A stretch of DNA of 64,000 bases from the human T2T-CHM13v2.0 reference genome, Homo sapiens: the NCBI RefSeq assembly GCF_009914755.1, contig NC_060925.1, one strand, 5' to 3'. Position numbers and translations under genes: made by a program. The stretch's first letter is position 1; each line of letters opens with the position of its first letter. Under the pieces are notes generated by a model. The model was given only the letters and a program-made list of their open reading frames with translations. It did not search any database and was not told where the DNA came from. Shown one piece after another: positions 13,440-27,347 of the stretch.

Positions 13440-16400
13440 ATAAAAATATTAAATCTCACTGGTGAAAGTAAATATATAAACAATCACAGAATAACATAAT
13501 ACTGTAATAATGATGTGTAAATCACTTTTAACCCTAGCATAAAAGTCAAAACAGAAAAACTGAGGATAACTGTAACCACAAAAAAATTGCTGCTAAATAC
13601 ACAATATAAAAAGAAATAAACTCTGACATCAGTAACATAAAGTGAGCAGTAAAAGTCTGGAGCTTTTATGTCATTAAAGTTGTCATTATCAGCTTAAAAA
13701 TTGAATGTTATACTATGAGAGTTTCAATGCAAGCCTCATACTAACTAGAGAGAAAAAACCTGTAGTAGATACACAGAAGATAAAAAGTATGAAATCATAT
13801 AATTACAAAAAGTCATCACACCACAAAGAAAATTAGAAAGAGATGAAGAGAAGAACAAAAGAACTACAAAGAGACAGAAAACTATTTTTTAAATGACAAT
13901 AATAAATCCTTCTGATGAATAATTATTTTAAATGTAAATAAACTTTTCACTCAAAAGATATAAAATAGCTGATAAAAAAACAAGATCCAGCTATATGCTG
14001 TCTACAAGGGACTTACTTTACATTTAAAGATACACATAAGCTGAAAGCACAGGGATGGAAATGGTAACCAAAAGAGAGCAGGGGTGGCTATAGCTATACT
14101 TATATCATATAAAATAGACTTTAAGTCATAAACTTAAAGTTAAAAATGTGTCACTAGAGACAAGATCACTATATAATAAAAGATCAATTCAACAGGGAGA
14201 TATAACAATTATAAATATATTTGCACCCATCCTCAGAGAACTTAATATATAAAGGAAATATTGACAGATATGAAGGGAAAAATAGATAACCATAAAATAA
14301 TAGTAGAAGACTTAAATAACCCACTTGCAGTAACGGACATATCTTCCAGGCAGAAAATCAACAAGGAATGAGCAGACTTGACAATCAAACTAGCAGACAT
14401 ACACAGAACATTCCAGCCAACAGTAGCAGAATATATATTTTTCTAAAGTGAACATGAAACATTTTCCAGGCTAGATCACATGCTAGGTCACAAAACAAGT
14501 CTTATAAATTTAAGAAGATTCAAATAATTCCAAATATCTATCCTGACCACAATAGAATTAAGTTAAAATCAATAAAAAAGGAAAATGGAAAAATTGATGA
14601 ATACATAAAAATTAAACCATGTACTCTTGAACAATCATTGAGTCAATACAAAAATCAAAGGGGAAATTATAAAATATCTCAGGCAAACAAAAATGAAATG
14701 TAACACACTGAAACTTACAGGATGCAGCTAAAGCACTACTAAGAGGAAAGTTTACAGCTATAAATACCTGTATTTAAAAATAAGAATGATTTTAAATGAA
14801 CAACCTAACACTACACCTCAAGGAACTGGAAAAAAAAATGAACAAGGCTTAAAGTTAGTAGAAGGAAAAAATAACAAAGGTTAATGCAGAGGTAAATAGA
14901 AAAACTTGATTAACTTAAGTGTTAGGGTTTTTTAAAAAGACAAACAAAGTTGACAAATCCTTAGCTAGACTAACCAAAAAAAAGAGAGAGAAGACTCAAA
15001 TAAATAAAATTAGAAACAAAGAGGAGACATGAAAATTGATAACACAAAAATAAAAAAGATCATAAGGGACTACTATGAACAATTACATGGCAACAAATTG
15101 GGCAACTTATAAAAAAGGAATAAATTTTTAGAAATGCACAATCTACCTACAACGATTGAAACAAGAAAAAAATAGAAAGACCAGTAAGAAATAAGGAGAT
15201 TTAATCAGTAATTGAAAACCTTGCATCATAGAAAAGCCCAGGACTAGATAGCTTCGTGGGCAAAGTCTATCAAACATTTAAAGAAGAATTAATATCAATC
15301 CTTTCTAAGCTCTTCCAAAAAATCAAAGAGGGAACATTTTCACACTATTTTTATGAGGCCAGCATTACATGATACAAAAGCCAGAAAAAAGACACCATAA
15401 GAAAAGAAAACTACAGGCTAGTATCTCTGATGAACACAGATACAGAAATAATTAGAAAATATTAACAAAAGAAATTCAACATCACATTAAAAGAACCATA
15501 GACCATGGGGATGAGGATGGGGATCTATCCCTGAAATGCATAAATAAGCCAATATGCAAAAATCAATTAATGTGATACACCACTTTAACAGATGATGGAT
15601 ATAAATTATGCAGTCATCTCAGTAGACGCAGAAAAAGCACTTGAAAATTTAACACTATTTTATGATAAAAATTATCTACATATTAGGTATAGAAGGAACC
15701 TATCTGAACACAATAAAGACCATATAAGACAAGCTTACAATTGATATCATACACAATGGTGAAAAACTAAATGCTTTTTCTCAAAGATCAGGAACAAGAC
15801 AAGGATTCCCACTCTTGACACTAATATTCCACATAGAACTAGCAGTCCTAGCTAGAGCAATTAAGCAAAAGTAAGAAATAGACATCCAAGTTGGAAATAA
15901 AGAAGTAAAACTGCCTCTGCTTGCAGATGACTGATCTTATATATAAAGCCCTAAGTACCCCACTGAGAAACTTTTAGAATACACGAATTCAGTAAAGTTG
16001 CAGAATACAAACCAACGTACAAAAATCAGTAGCATTTCTATACACTATCAAACAATGAACTATCAAAAAAGAAGCCAAAAAGTAATCTCATTTAGAATAG
16101 CATCAAAAATATAAAATAATTAGGCATAAATTTAACCAAGGAGGTGAAAGACTTGTACTCTGAAAACTATAAAACATTGATAAAAGAAATTGCAGAAGAC
16201 AAAAATAAATGGAAAGATATCAGTGTTGATGAATTGCAAGAGTTAATATTATTAAAATGCCCATACTACCCAAAGTGATGTACAAATTCAATGCAATACC
16301 TATTAAAATTTCAAAGACTTTTTTTCACAAAAATACAAATACCATCCTAAAATCATATAAAACCACAAAAATTCCAAATAGCCAAAGCAATCTTGAGTAA

Positions 16401-16750
16401 AAAGAACAATGTTGAAGGCATTACACTGCCTAATTTCAAATTTTACTACAAAGCTATAGGAAGCAAAACAGTTCAGTACTGGCACAGAAATAGACATATA
16501 GACCAATGGAACAGAATATAGATTACAGCATTAAGTGTATAGGTTTATGGCTCATCGATCTTTGACAGAAGTGCCAAGAACACACAATGGAGAAAGGACA
16601 GTCTCTTTAATAAATGTTCAGAAGACTGGAAATCCACATGCAGAAGAATGAAATTGAATCCTTGTCTCACAAAATATATAAAAATTAGCTCAAAATGAAT
16701 TTAACACTTACACATAAGACCTGAAACTGTTCAATTACTAGAAGAAAAGC
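13440..16750 (+). mobile_element. L1MA (MA9/10-like) inter-ORF region and ORF2, 5' part
   Basis: Decayed ORF2 from EN through RT ('gcttgcagatgac'); interrupted at 'ctagaagaaaagctt'. Confidence 0.85.
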
Positions 16751-18644
16751 TTTTTTGTTAATTTATTTTTAATTGACAAATAATTGTGTATATTTGTAGG
16801 GTACAGTGTGACATTTCAATCCATGTGTACATTGTAGAGAGACCCAATCAAGCTAATTAACGTATCCAATGCTTCACCAAATTCTCATTCATTATTTGGT
16901 GGTGAAGATATTAGCTTTCATTTTAGCAATTTCGATGCATACAATACATTATTAGTAACTGTGGTCACCATGCAGTGCAATAGATCACTAAAACTTATTC
17001 TTTGAATCTAACTGGAATTTGTACCCTTTGATCAACATCTCCCCTTTCCCCATGCCTGCCTTTCCCCTATCCCCAAGCCTTTGGCAACAACCATTCTACT
17101 CTCTGTTTCTATGGGATTGGCTTTTGTTAGATTCCACATACAAGTGAGATCATACAGAATTTGTCTTCCTGACCTCACTTATTTGACTTAGCATAATGTC
17201 TTCAAGTTCCATCCACGTTTTCTCTTTTACAGCTATATGGTATTCCATTTTGTATACATACCATATTTTCTTTATCCACTTATCTATTGATGAAAACTTA
17301 GTTTGCTTCCATATCTTGGCAAAGATATCTCTTCAACATACCAATTTCAATTCCTTTGAATATACACCCAGAAGTGGAATTGCTGGGTCATATGGCAATT
17401 CCATTTTTAGGAAGCTCCATACTATTTTCCAAAATGATTGTATTAATTTACATTCCCACCAACAGTGTATAAGGGCTAATTTTTCTCTGCATCCTCACTA
17501 GCACTGGTTATTATTCATCTTATTGATAATGGCCATTCTAACAGATGTGAGATAATATTTGATTGTGGTTTTAATTTGCATTTTCCTGATGATTTGAAAA
17601 CTTGGACTTTTTTTTCATATAGCTATTGGCCATTTACATTTCTTCCTTTTAGAAATGTCTGTTCAGATCATTTGCCTATTTTTTCACTGGGTTATTTGTT
17701 TTTTCTGCTGTTGAGTTGTTTTAGTTTTTTATGTCTTTTGGATATTTGTTCCTTATCTGAGTTATGGTTTGCAAATATCTCCTCTCAATCCCTGGGCTGT
17801 CTCTTCACTTTGTTCATTGTTTCTTTCACTGTGCAGAAACTTTTTAGTCTGATGCATTCCCATTTGTTTATTTTTGCTTTTGTTGCATGTGCTTTCAAAT
17901 CCTATCGAAGAAGTCATTGCCCAGACTAAAGTAGTGGAGCTTCTTCCTTGCTTTCCTCTAGTAGCTTTATGGTTTTAGGTCTTACATTTAAATCTTTAAT
18001 TCGTTTCTGTTGATTTTCTCTATGGTGTGACATAGAGTTCAATTTCATCCTCTGCATGGGGTTATCCAGTTTTTCCAACACTTTTATTGAAGAGACTGTC
18101 CATTTCCCATTGTGTGTTCTTAGCACCTTTGCTGAAAATCAACTGAGCATAAATACTTAGGTTTATTAATGGGCTTTTTATTCCATTCCATTGGTTGATG
18201 TATCTATTTTTATATCAGTACCATGTTGTTTCATTATAATCGCTTTATATTTGAAAATCAACCAGTGTGATGCTTCCAACTTTGCTCTGTTTGCTCAAGA
18301 TTGCTTTGACTATTCAAGATCTTTTCTGTTTCCATACAAATGTTAGGATTTTTTTGTTTCTGTGAAAATTGATACTGGGATTTTGATAGAAATTGAATCT
18401 GTAGATTACATTAGGTAATATGAACATTTTAACAATATTAATCCTTGCAATCCATTAACATTGATATCCATTTATTTGTGTATTCTTTAATTTCTTACAT
18501 CAATGTTTTATAGTTTTCAGTGTACAGATCTTTCATCTCCTTGGTTAAATTTATTTGTAACTGTTTTTATGCATTGTAAATGGGATTGTTTACTTGATTT
18601 CTTTTTCAGATACTTCATTTTTAGTGTATAGAAATGCTAATGAT

Positions 18645-18882
18645 TGTATTTGCTAGACTTTCTGTTACAGAAAAACCCATTCAACACTGTTATTGTTACA
18701 AAAAAAATGAATTTAAGAAAACTTACACGTAGCAGATAATTTGGCATTTTTCTCCACAACATATTTAAGCTTAAGGTTAGAAAATTTTATATTATATTTT
18801 TTTCTGTTTAGATCTGAAAAGGAAATTATGGAACTGTCATATTGGTAGTCATGAATAAAGTTTGACAAGAAAAAGAAAAAAA
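18645..18882 (+). pseudogene. Orphan polyadenylated retro-insert (processed 3'UTR fragment or orphan transduction)
   Basis: Non-L1 sequence with AATAAA at 18854 and an A-tail. TSD AGAAATGCTA(A/C)TGAT at 18630-18644 and 18883-18897. Confidence 0.8.
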
Positions 18883-18973
18883 AGAAATGCTACTGATCTT
18901 CATAAGTTGATTTTGTATTCTCCAACTTTACTGAATTCATTTAATTCTAACAAGTTTTTTGGTGGAGTCTTTA

Positions 18974-19270
<297 letters not shown>

Positions 19271-21044
19271 CTGGTGGAGTCTTTAGAGTTTCCTATATAT
19301 AAGATTATCCCATCTACAAACAGAGACAGTTTCACTTTTTCCTTTCTGATATGGATGCTTTTTCTTTTTTTCTCTTGTTTTATTGTTCTGGCTAGGACTT
19401 CCAGTACTATGTTGAATAAACATAGTAGTGGAGTAAAAGTAGTGAGAGTAGATATCCTTGTTTCGTCCCTGGTCTTAAAGAAAAAGCTTTCAACTTTTCA
19501 CATTTAGTATGATATTAGCTGTAGGCCTCTATTGAGGTACATTCCTTTTATATCTATTTTGTCCAGTTTTTTTTAATACTAAATGGATGTTGAATTTTGT
19601 TAAATGTTTTCTGTTATTGAAATGATCATACAGATTTAGTCCTTCATTTTGTTAACATGGTGTATTACATTTATTGATTTATGTATGTTGAACCATACTT
19701 GCATCTCTGGGATAAATCCCATCTGATCGTGATAAATGATCTTTTCAATGTGCTGTTGAATTCAGTTTGCTAGTGAAAAATGATCTTTTTAATGTGCTGT
19801 TGAATTCAGTATGCTAGTATTTTGTTGGGATTTTTGCATCTATGTTTATCAGGGATATTGGCCTGCAGTTTGCTTGTCTTGTAGGGTCATTACCTGGCTT
19901 TAGTATCAGAGCACTACTGGCTATATAAAATGAGTTTGGAAGTGCTTCTTTCTCTTAAATTTTTGAAAGAGTTTGAGAAGAATCGGTATTATTTCTTTCT
20001 CTGTACAGTAGAATTCAGCACTGAAGGCATTGCGTCTTGGGTTTTTCTTTGATTGGCTACTTTCTATTACTGATTCAATCTCTTTACTCATTATTACTCT
20101 GTTCAGATTTTCTATTTCCTCCTAAGTCTTGATAGGTAGCATGTTTCTAAGAATTCATTCATTTCTACTAGGTTTTCCAATTTACTGATGTGTAGTTGTT
20201 CATAGTAGTCTCTTATGATCCTTTGTATTTCTGTGTTAACAATTCTAATGTCTCATCCTTCATATATGATTTTGGTTATTTGAGACTTATCTCTTTTTTC
20301 CTTTGTTAGCCTAGCTAAAGTTTTGTCAATTTTGTTCATCTTTTTTCAAGAAACCAACTTTTAGTTTTGTTGATCTTTTTTATTGTTTTCTAGTTTCTAT
20401 TTTGTTTATTTCTGCTCTGATCTTTGTTATTTCCTTTCTTCTGCTAAGTTTGGGCTTATTTTGTTATTTCCTAGTTCCTTAAGATGTAACATCAGGTGGT
20501 TTAAGGTCTTTGTTCTTTTTTTATGTGGGTGTTTATTGCTATAAGCTTACCTCTTAGGACTGCACTGACTACATCCTGAAAGTTTTGGTATGTTGTGTTT
20601 CCATTTTTGTTTGTCTCAAATATTCTTTAATATATCTTTTAATTTGTTTTTAGACCCATTAGTTGTTTGGAAGCATGTTGTTTAATATCCACATATTTGT
20701 GAGTTTTTCAAGATTCCTCCTGTTATTGACTTTTAGTTTCATGCCATTGTAGTCAGAAAAGATACTTGATATGATTTAAATCTTCTCAAATTTGTTAAAA
20801 CTTGTTTTGTAGCTTAACATATCATCCATTCTGTAGAATATTTCATGTGAACTTGGGAAGAATGTGTATTCTGTTGCTGTTGAATGGAATTTTCTGTAAA
20901 TATGTTAGGTCAATTTGGTCTAAAGTTAGTTCAAGTCCAGTGTTTCCTTGTTGATATTCTATCTAGATTATCTGTCCAGTGTTGAAAGTGGGGTATTGAA
21001 GCCTCCTACTATTATTGTATTGCACTCTTTCTCTCCACTCAGAG

Positions 21045-21155
21045 CTATTAGTATTTGCTTTATATACTTAGGTGTGCTGATGTTGGGTGCATATATTGTT
21101 TATTGTTATGCACCCAACATCAGAACACCTAAATATATAAAGCAAATATTAATAG
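21045..21155. repeat. 49-bp inverted repeat with 13-nt spacer
   Basis: 21045-21093 versus 21107-21155: 46/49 complementary. Confidence 0.95.
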
Positions 21156-21186
21156 ATTACAATTGTTAGAACTTCCTAATTAATTG

Positions 21187-22465
21187 GGAAAAGCTTCTTG
21201 ACATTGCTCTGGATAATAATTTTTTAGATGTGACCCCAAAAACACAGGCAACCAAAGCAAAAGCTAAAACTAAACAGCTTCTGCACAGTGAAGGAAACAA
21301 GTGACTACACAACCTACGGAATAGGAGAAAATATTTGTAAACCATATATCTGTTAAGGGATTAATATTCAAAATAGATAAGAAACTCCTACAACTCAATA
21401 GCAAGAAAGAAAATAACCCAATTTAAAAATGGGCAAACCTGAATAGATATTTCTCCAAAAAAATATACAAATGGTCAGCAGGAGTTTGAGACAATGCCAA
21501 CATCATTAATCATCAGAGAAATGCAAATTAAAACCCATGACAATGATTTCACACCCATTAAAATTGCTATTATATATTTTTAAGATAACAAGTGTTGGTA
21601 AATTTTATAGAGAAAAGGGACACTTGTATACTGTGGGTGGGAATGTGAATTAGTATAGCCATTATTGAAAACAATAGGGAGGTTCCTCAAAATATTAAAA
21701 ATAGAACTACCATACGATCCAGCAATCCAACTTCTGGGTATTTATTCAAAAGAATTGAAATCAGAATCTCAAAAGGATACCTGCATTCATATGTTCATTG
21801 CAGCATTATTTACAATAGTCAACACATGGAAGCAACCTAAATGTCCATCAACAGATGTATAATTAAGAAAATATGGTATATTCATAAAATGGAATGCTAT
21901 TGAGCCTTATAAAAAGAAATCCTACTATTTGCTACAATAGTAGCCTGTGGGACATTATGTTAAGTAAAATAAGCCAGACAAAGAAGGACAAATATTACAT
22001 GATATCACTTATATGAATAATATAGGATAGTCAGACTCAGAAGCAGACAGTGGAATGGTGGTGAAAGGGAATATGAGAAGGGGGAAAAGACTAAGTACTA
22101 GTCAAAGTGTACAAAGTATCTGTTATACAAGGTGAATAACTCTTAGAGATCTACTATACAGCATAGTGCCTATAATTAAAAATAGTGCATTATATAGTTA
22201 AACTTTTATTAAAAGGATAGATCTTATGCTAAGTGTTCTTATCACAATAATAATAGTAATAAACAAAGAGGGCAAGAGAAATATTTGGAAGTGATGGATA
22301 GGTTTAGGGCATAGACTGTGGTGATGAATTCAAGGGTGTATACCTACTTTCATACTAAGTTGTATACGTACTTACTAAGTTGTATATACTAAGTTTATAC
22401 ATATGTAAACAAGGGTTAAATTTTATATGTCAGTTGTACCTCAATAAATGTTTTTTTAAATAAAT
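21187..22465 (+). mobile_element. L1MA (MA9/10-like) 3' part, continuing 13440-16750
   Basis: Resumes at 'gggaaaagcttcttgacattg'; ORF 21665..21862 (ELPYDPAI...QPKCPS); ends 'tacctcaataaa'. Confidence 0.85.
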
Positions 22466-23468
22466 ACAGTATCAAAATTCTATACACTCTTTTCTACATT
22501 AAGGAAGTTCTCAGGTGCAATTTAGAGCCACAATGTACCTTAGCAATTTGTTTGTAAAATAAGAGCATTGCAGCTGAGAAATGTTAAACAGCTAATCAGG
22601 TACAAAAGTCAGTATTTAAACTCAGGTGTTTCAAATTGTTTAGCACTTTCATTATTAATTGTTTCCAAGCATGTACAGCCTTTAAAAGTAAAATCTACAA
22701 ATTCTGGGAAATCTTTATTACAGAAGTCTTCACTTGGCAGGAGTAGAGAAGTTGTTAATATAACTAAAATTTTGCCATTAAAATTATGAAACAGTTAAGA
22801 AATGGAATAATTATAGAGCTAGACAGAAATATTTTGAGACAATCTCTGAGTGACTAAGGCATTATGTGCTATAAATATGTAACCATAAGTGTGTGAACAT
22901 ATTAAGAAAATTTCATTTTACAAGAAAGAGCCAGCCACGTTAACAGTCAAAAAATACATAACAAAGAAAGAAAGCTCAACTTTTTCCAACTAATGTCATG
23001 AGTTTGAGACAGTAAGAGTATAGAGACATAGAATTTCAATAATAATTTCAGTAATATTTATCTTTTGATATAATTTTATTATCTTTTGAAATGTGGCCTT
23101 ATCTCATTTAATCTGATTCTTGAAAAAATATAAATGTTATGTATAGACCTGATATGCCTATATTATTTATAATTTTAAAAGTATTTTTTATTAAGACAAT
23201 GTGATGTAAAATGAATGAGTTTAATTAAGGTCAATTTAAAGAAATATTACATCATCACCATAATATAATTGTTAGGTATAGATGGCAAAATATCATGTAG
23301 ATGGCATTACAATGTTTGAATATGGGAAAAAATAAAAGGAGAGGATAAGCCTCTGATATTTATTCTGCCATTCTCCCGAATTTATGGTCCCTCCTATGAT
23401 TCTATAGTTTTTAAATTCTTAAACTAGAGAAGTGCAACTCATCTCCAGACCGTGGGTTTAAGATGTGT

Positions 23469-23495
23469 ACACACACACACACACACACACACACA
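23469..23495. repeat. (CA)n microsatellite
   Basis: Directly visible. Confidence 0.95.
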
Positions 23496-23873
23496 TATCA
23501 CCAAGGCCAGTGTTTTCTCAACAGATGGACTCCCACTTATTAAAGCATAAATAACGAACAACTCTAAGAAATTTATTTTTAAAATGGTACTTGCATTAGG
23601 GATATATTAAAAGCAACAACCATTATTTTTACTTTGTACTTACATTATTTCCAGCCTTTATAATAGCTCTGAAAAGTAGTGGGTTTTTTTCTAATTTTAC
23701 CATTAAGAAAAATGAAGCTGATAGATTTTAAGAAATTGTCTTAAAATATCATTGAAGAAATAGAAGAAAGAAAATCGAGCTCCTATAACACTGTTACTAT
23801 ACTTTTAGCTTCTACTTGTGGTATAGTTTCTACCTTAAATTACATGTTTATAAAAACAATTTTTAAATTACAG

Positions 23874-25615
23874 TTACAAAAATAAGCACATAGACCAATG
23901 GAACAGAATAGAGACCCCCAAAATACACCTACAACAAACTCATCTTCAACAAAGTTAACAAAAATAAACAACGGGGAAAGGACAACCTATTCACTAAATA
24001 GTGCTGGAAAAACTGGCTAACCACCTGCAGAGGAATGAAACAAGACCCCTACCTCTCACCATAGACAAAAATAACTCAAGATGGAGTGAAGACTTAAAGG
24101 TAAGTCTTCAAATTACAAAAATTCTAGAAGAAAATCTAAGAAATACTCTTCTAGACATTGGCCTAGGCAAAGAATTTATGAAGAAAACCCCAAAAGCAAA
24201 TGCAGCAAAATCAAATGTAGACAAATGGGACTTAATTAAACTGAAGCACTTCTGCATGGCAAAAGAAATTCTCAACAGAGCAAACAGACAACCTACAGAA
24301 TGAGAGCAAATATTTGCAAACTGTGCATCTGACAAAGGAGTAATATCTAGAATCTATAAGGAACTGAAACAAATTAAACAGCCAATATGGTTTGGCTCTC
24401 TGTCCCCACTCAAATCTTATCTTGAATTGTACTCCCATAATTCCTACGTGTTGTGGGAGGGACCTGATTGTAGATAATTTGAATCATGGGAGCAATTTCC
24501 CCCATACTGTTCTCGTGGTAGTCTCACAAGATCTGATGGTTTTATCAGGGGCTTCCGCTTTTGCATCTTCCTCATTTTCTCTTGCCACCATCATGTAGGA
24601 AGTGCCTTTCACCTCCTGCCATGATTCTGAGGCCTCTCCAGCCATGTGGAACTGTAAGTCCAATTAAACCTCTTTTTCTTCCCAGTCTTGGTATGTCTTA
24701 ATCAGCCACGTGAAAACGGACTAATACACAAGCAAAAACCAAACAACTCCATTACAAAGTAGGCAAAGGACATGAACACTTCTCAGAAAAAGACATCCAA
24801 GTGGCCAAGAAATATATTTAAAAATGCTCAACATCACCAATCACCAGAGAGATGCAAATCACATCAGAGAGATTAAAACCACAATGAGATAGCATCTCAT
24901 ACCAATCAGAATGGCTGTTATCAAAAAGGCAAAAAATAACAGATGTTGGCAAGGTTGCAGAGAAAAGGAAATGCTCATACACTGTTGAGGGAAATGTGTA
25001 TTAGTTCAGCCCTTGTGGAAAGCAGTTTGGAGTTTTCTCAAATAAATAAAAATAGAGCTACCATTTAATCCAGCAATCCCATTACTGGGTATATACCCAA
25101 AGGAAAACAAATTGTTCTACCAAAAAGCACATGCACTCATATATTCATCGCACCACTGTTCACAATAGCAAAGACATGGATTCAACCTAGGTGCCCATCA
25201 ATGGTGGATTAGATAAAGAAAATGTGGTACATATACATCATGGAATATTATGCAGCCATTTAAAATTTTTTTTTTAAATCATGTCCTTTGCAGCAACATG
25301 GATGCAGCTAGAGGCTGTTATTCTAAGTGAACTAACACAGAAACAGAAAACCAAATATTGCATGTTTTCACTGATAAGAGGGAGCTAAATCTTGGGTTCA
25401 CAAGGACATACAGATGGAAGCAATACACACTAGGGCCTCCAAAAGGAAAGAGAGGTATAAAAGGAGGGAGGCAAGGGCCGAAAAACTTCCTATTGGATAC
25501 TATATTTACTATCTGGGTAATGGGATCAATAGAAGTACAAACCTCACCACCATGCATTATACCTTTGTAACAATCCTGCTCATGTACCCCCTGAATCTAA
25601 AATAAAATGGAAATT
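23874..25615 (+). mobile_element. 5'-truncated L1 (L1PA15/16 or L1PB-like), interrupted by THE1
   Basis: ORF 24001..24303 (KTPKA...DKWDLIKLK); 3' end 'catgtaccccctgaatctaaaataaa'. Confidence 0.88.
24383..24728 (+). mobile_element. THE1A/B solo LTR
   Basis: 'atatggtttggctc...gtgttgtgggagggacc...aaacggactaataca'. Confidence 0.92.
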
Positions 25616-26019
25616 TTTCAAAAGCAATTTAAAAAATGGTAATACCTGTCGTGTTTATCTTACAGATACTAGTGACAGTCAATTAACATTATTGATGGGA
25701 ATATCCTTTGAAAAGTATTAAGAACAATAAAAGTGTAAGGCATATTTTGTGTTTTTCTTTAAAAAAAATGTGGAAGCTTCACTGGGTATTGTCCAATGAA
25801 AGAACCACATTTCCTCTGTTGATGTTAGAGTCTTAGGAACTGTCTGCCTCTGAGCACAGCTCTCCTGTTCACTTAGAAAGACTTATAGGTACTGGCCAGG
25901 ATTTTTTTCAATATGCTTAATGCAGTAAAAATGAATAAAGTAATAGCCCTGGCCCATGGTCATTATCAGATTGCCACCCAAACACAATGTCTTCCTTGGA
26001 AAGGAGCAAATTCACCAGT

Positions 26020-26370
26020 CAGGGGCCACTGTACTCATCAGGGTAGTAATACCAGCAACTGTAACAAACTCCCAATTACCAGTGGCTTAACACAACTAAG
26101 GCTATTTTCTTACTTATGTCACAGTCCAATGCATGTTGGGTGGTTCTTCTTCAGGCTGCCTCCTTTTTGTGGCTTAGACATTATTCAACAGTTAGATGAA
26201 AGAATAATGAAAGTATGAGGAAGGCATGTCAGATACTTACCATCTCAGCCGTTGCAGCATTAACTTCTCACAATCCTTAGGTATGCTAGTCACATGGCCA
26301 ACTAACTGTGAGACAGGCTGGACAATGCAGAGGAACACAAAGGACAGAGATGGGCACTAATAGTCTCCAT
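26020..26370 (-). mobile_element. Old MLT1-type LTR remnant
   Basis: 'ctgtaacaaac...cagtggcttaacacaac' and 'ctagtcacatggcc'. Confidence 0.55.
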
Positions 26371-27347
26371 AGGACTCCATAAGCCTTAGTCCTAGTTCAG
26401 CAAACCACCTTCTGGTCCTACACACTAAACTGTAGCACAATCCACTCAGATAGAAACATTTGGTCATGTCTGTATTAAGACAAAATTGGATGAGATGCGA
26501 TAGGATGCAATGGGAAGAGAGGAGACAGGATGAGTAGACTGGCTCCTTACAAGCATCTCTATACCACTAGCACCTGCACAGTGTCTGTGCAGTATACAGA
26601 TGCTGGTATACCACCCTAATAAATGAGCAGTGTGCATCTGTTCCATAACAAAACAGAAGAATAATAGGTGACAGCAAATATCCAAAGAAGATGCCTCTTT
26701 CAGCAAACATAGGCTTAAGTTGTATGGTTCTCAGCAATCTTTAATTGTGATAGGGTTAATGAGGTTTAAGGATGGCAGGAGGCAGAGCAGTGATCCTCCT
26801 CTTTTCTTGGCTTGAATTTGGTTCCACAATATCTAAGCAAGCATAAATTACCTTCTTCACTCCATTCCTTGATTTTCAACTCTTTTTCTTTCCTTGCCTC
26901 TCCTGCTTTGCTCTCCAGATGGTTTTCTCCTTCAAATCCCCCTCCTTGATTTTCCTTCCATCTCCTAATACCAAGTAGCATGAGGGTTGGAGCAAATGTG
27001 GTCAAGATTTGACATGTGGTTAATGTTGGACAAATGTGAGCAAAACAAAGGGTGATCAGTCATTAAATAGAATTCTAGGTTTAAAAGGGACTCTAAAAAT
27101 TGTGGAGTTCACAAACAAATAGTACAAGTAGCAATTTCCTGCCCATCAATTATGATTTAAACTCCATCGGTATTATTTATTTTAGCTATTGATATTCTGT
27201 ATAAGATTCTGTGCCAAAAATATGAAAAAGAGTGATGAGGACCGGTCTTCTTATCTTATGAAAGAGAGAAATGAGCCATAGAAGAGAACGTCTTGGCCAA
27301 AGTCATACAATGAGTGATTGAGGGAAAGAGGGAGGGAGGGCTACAAT

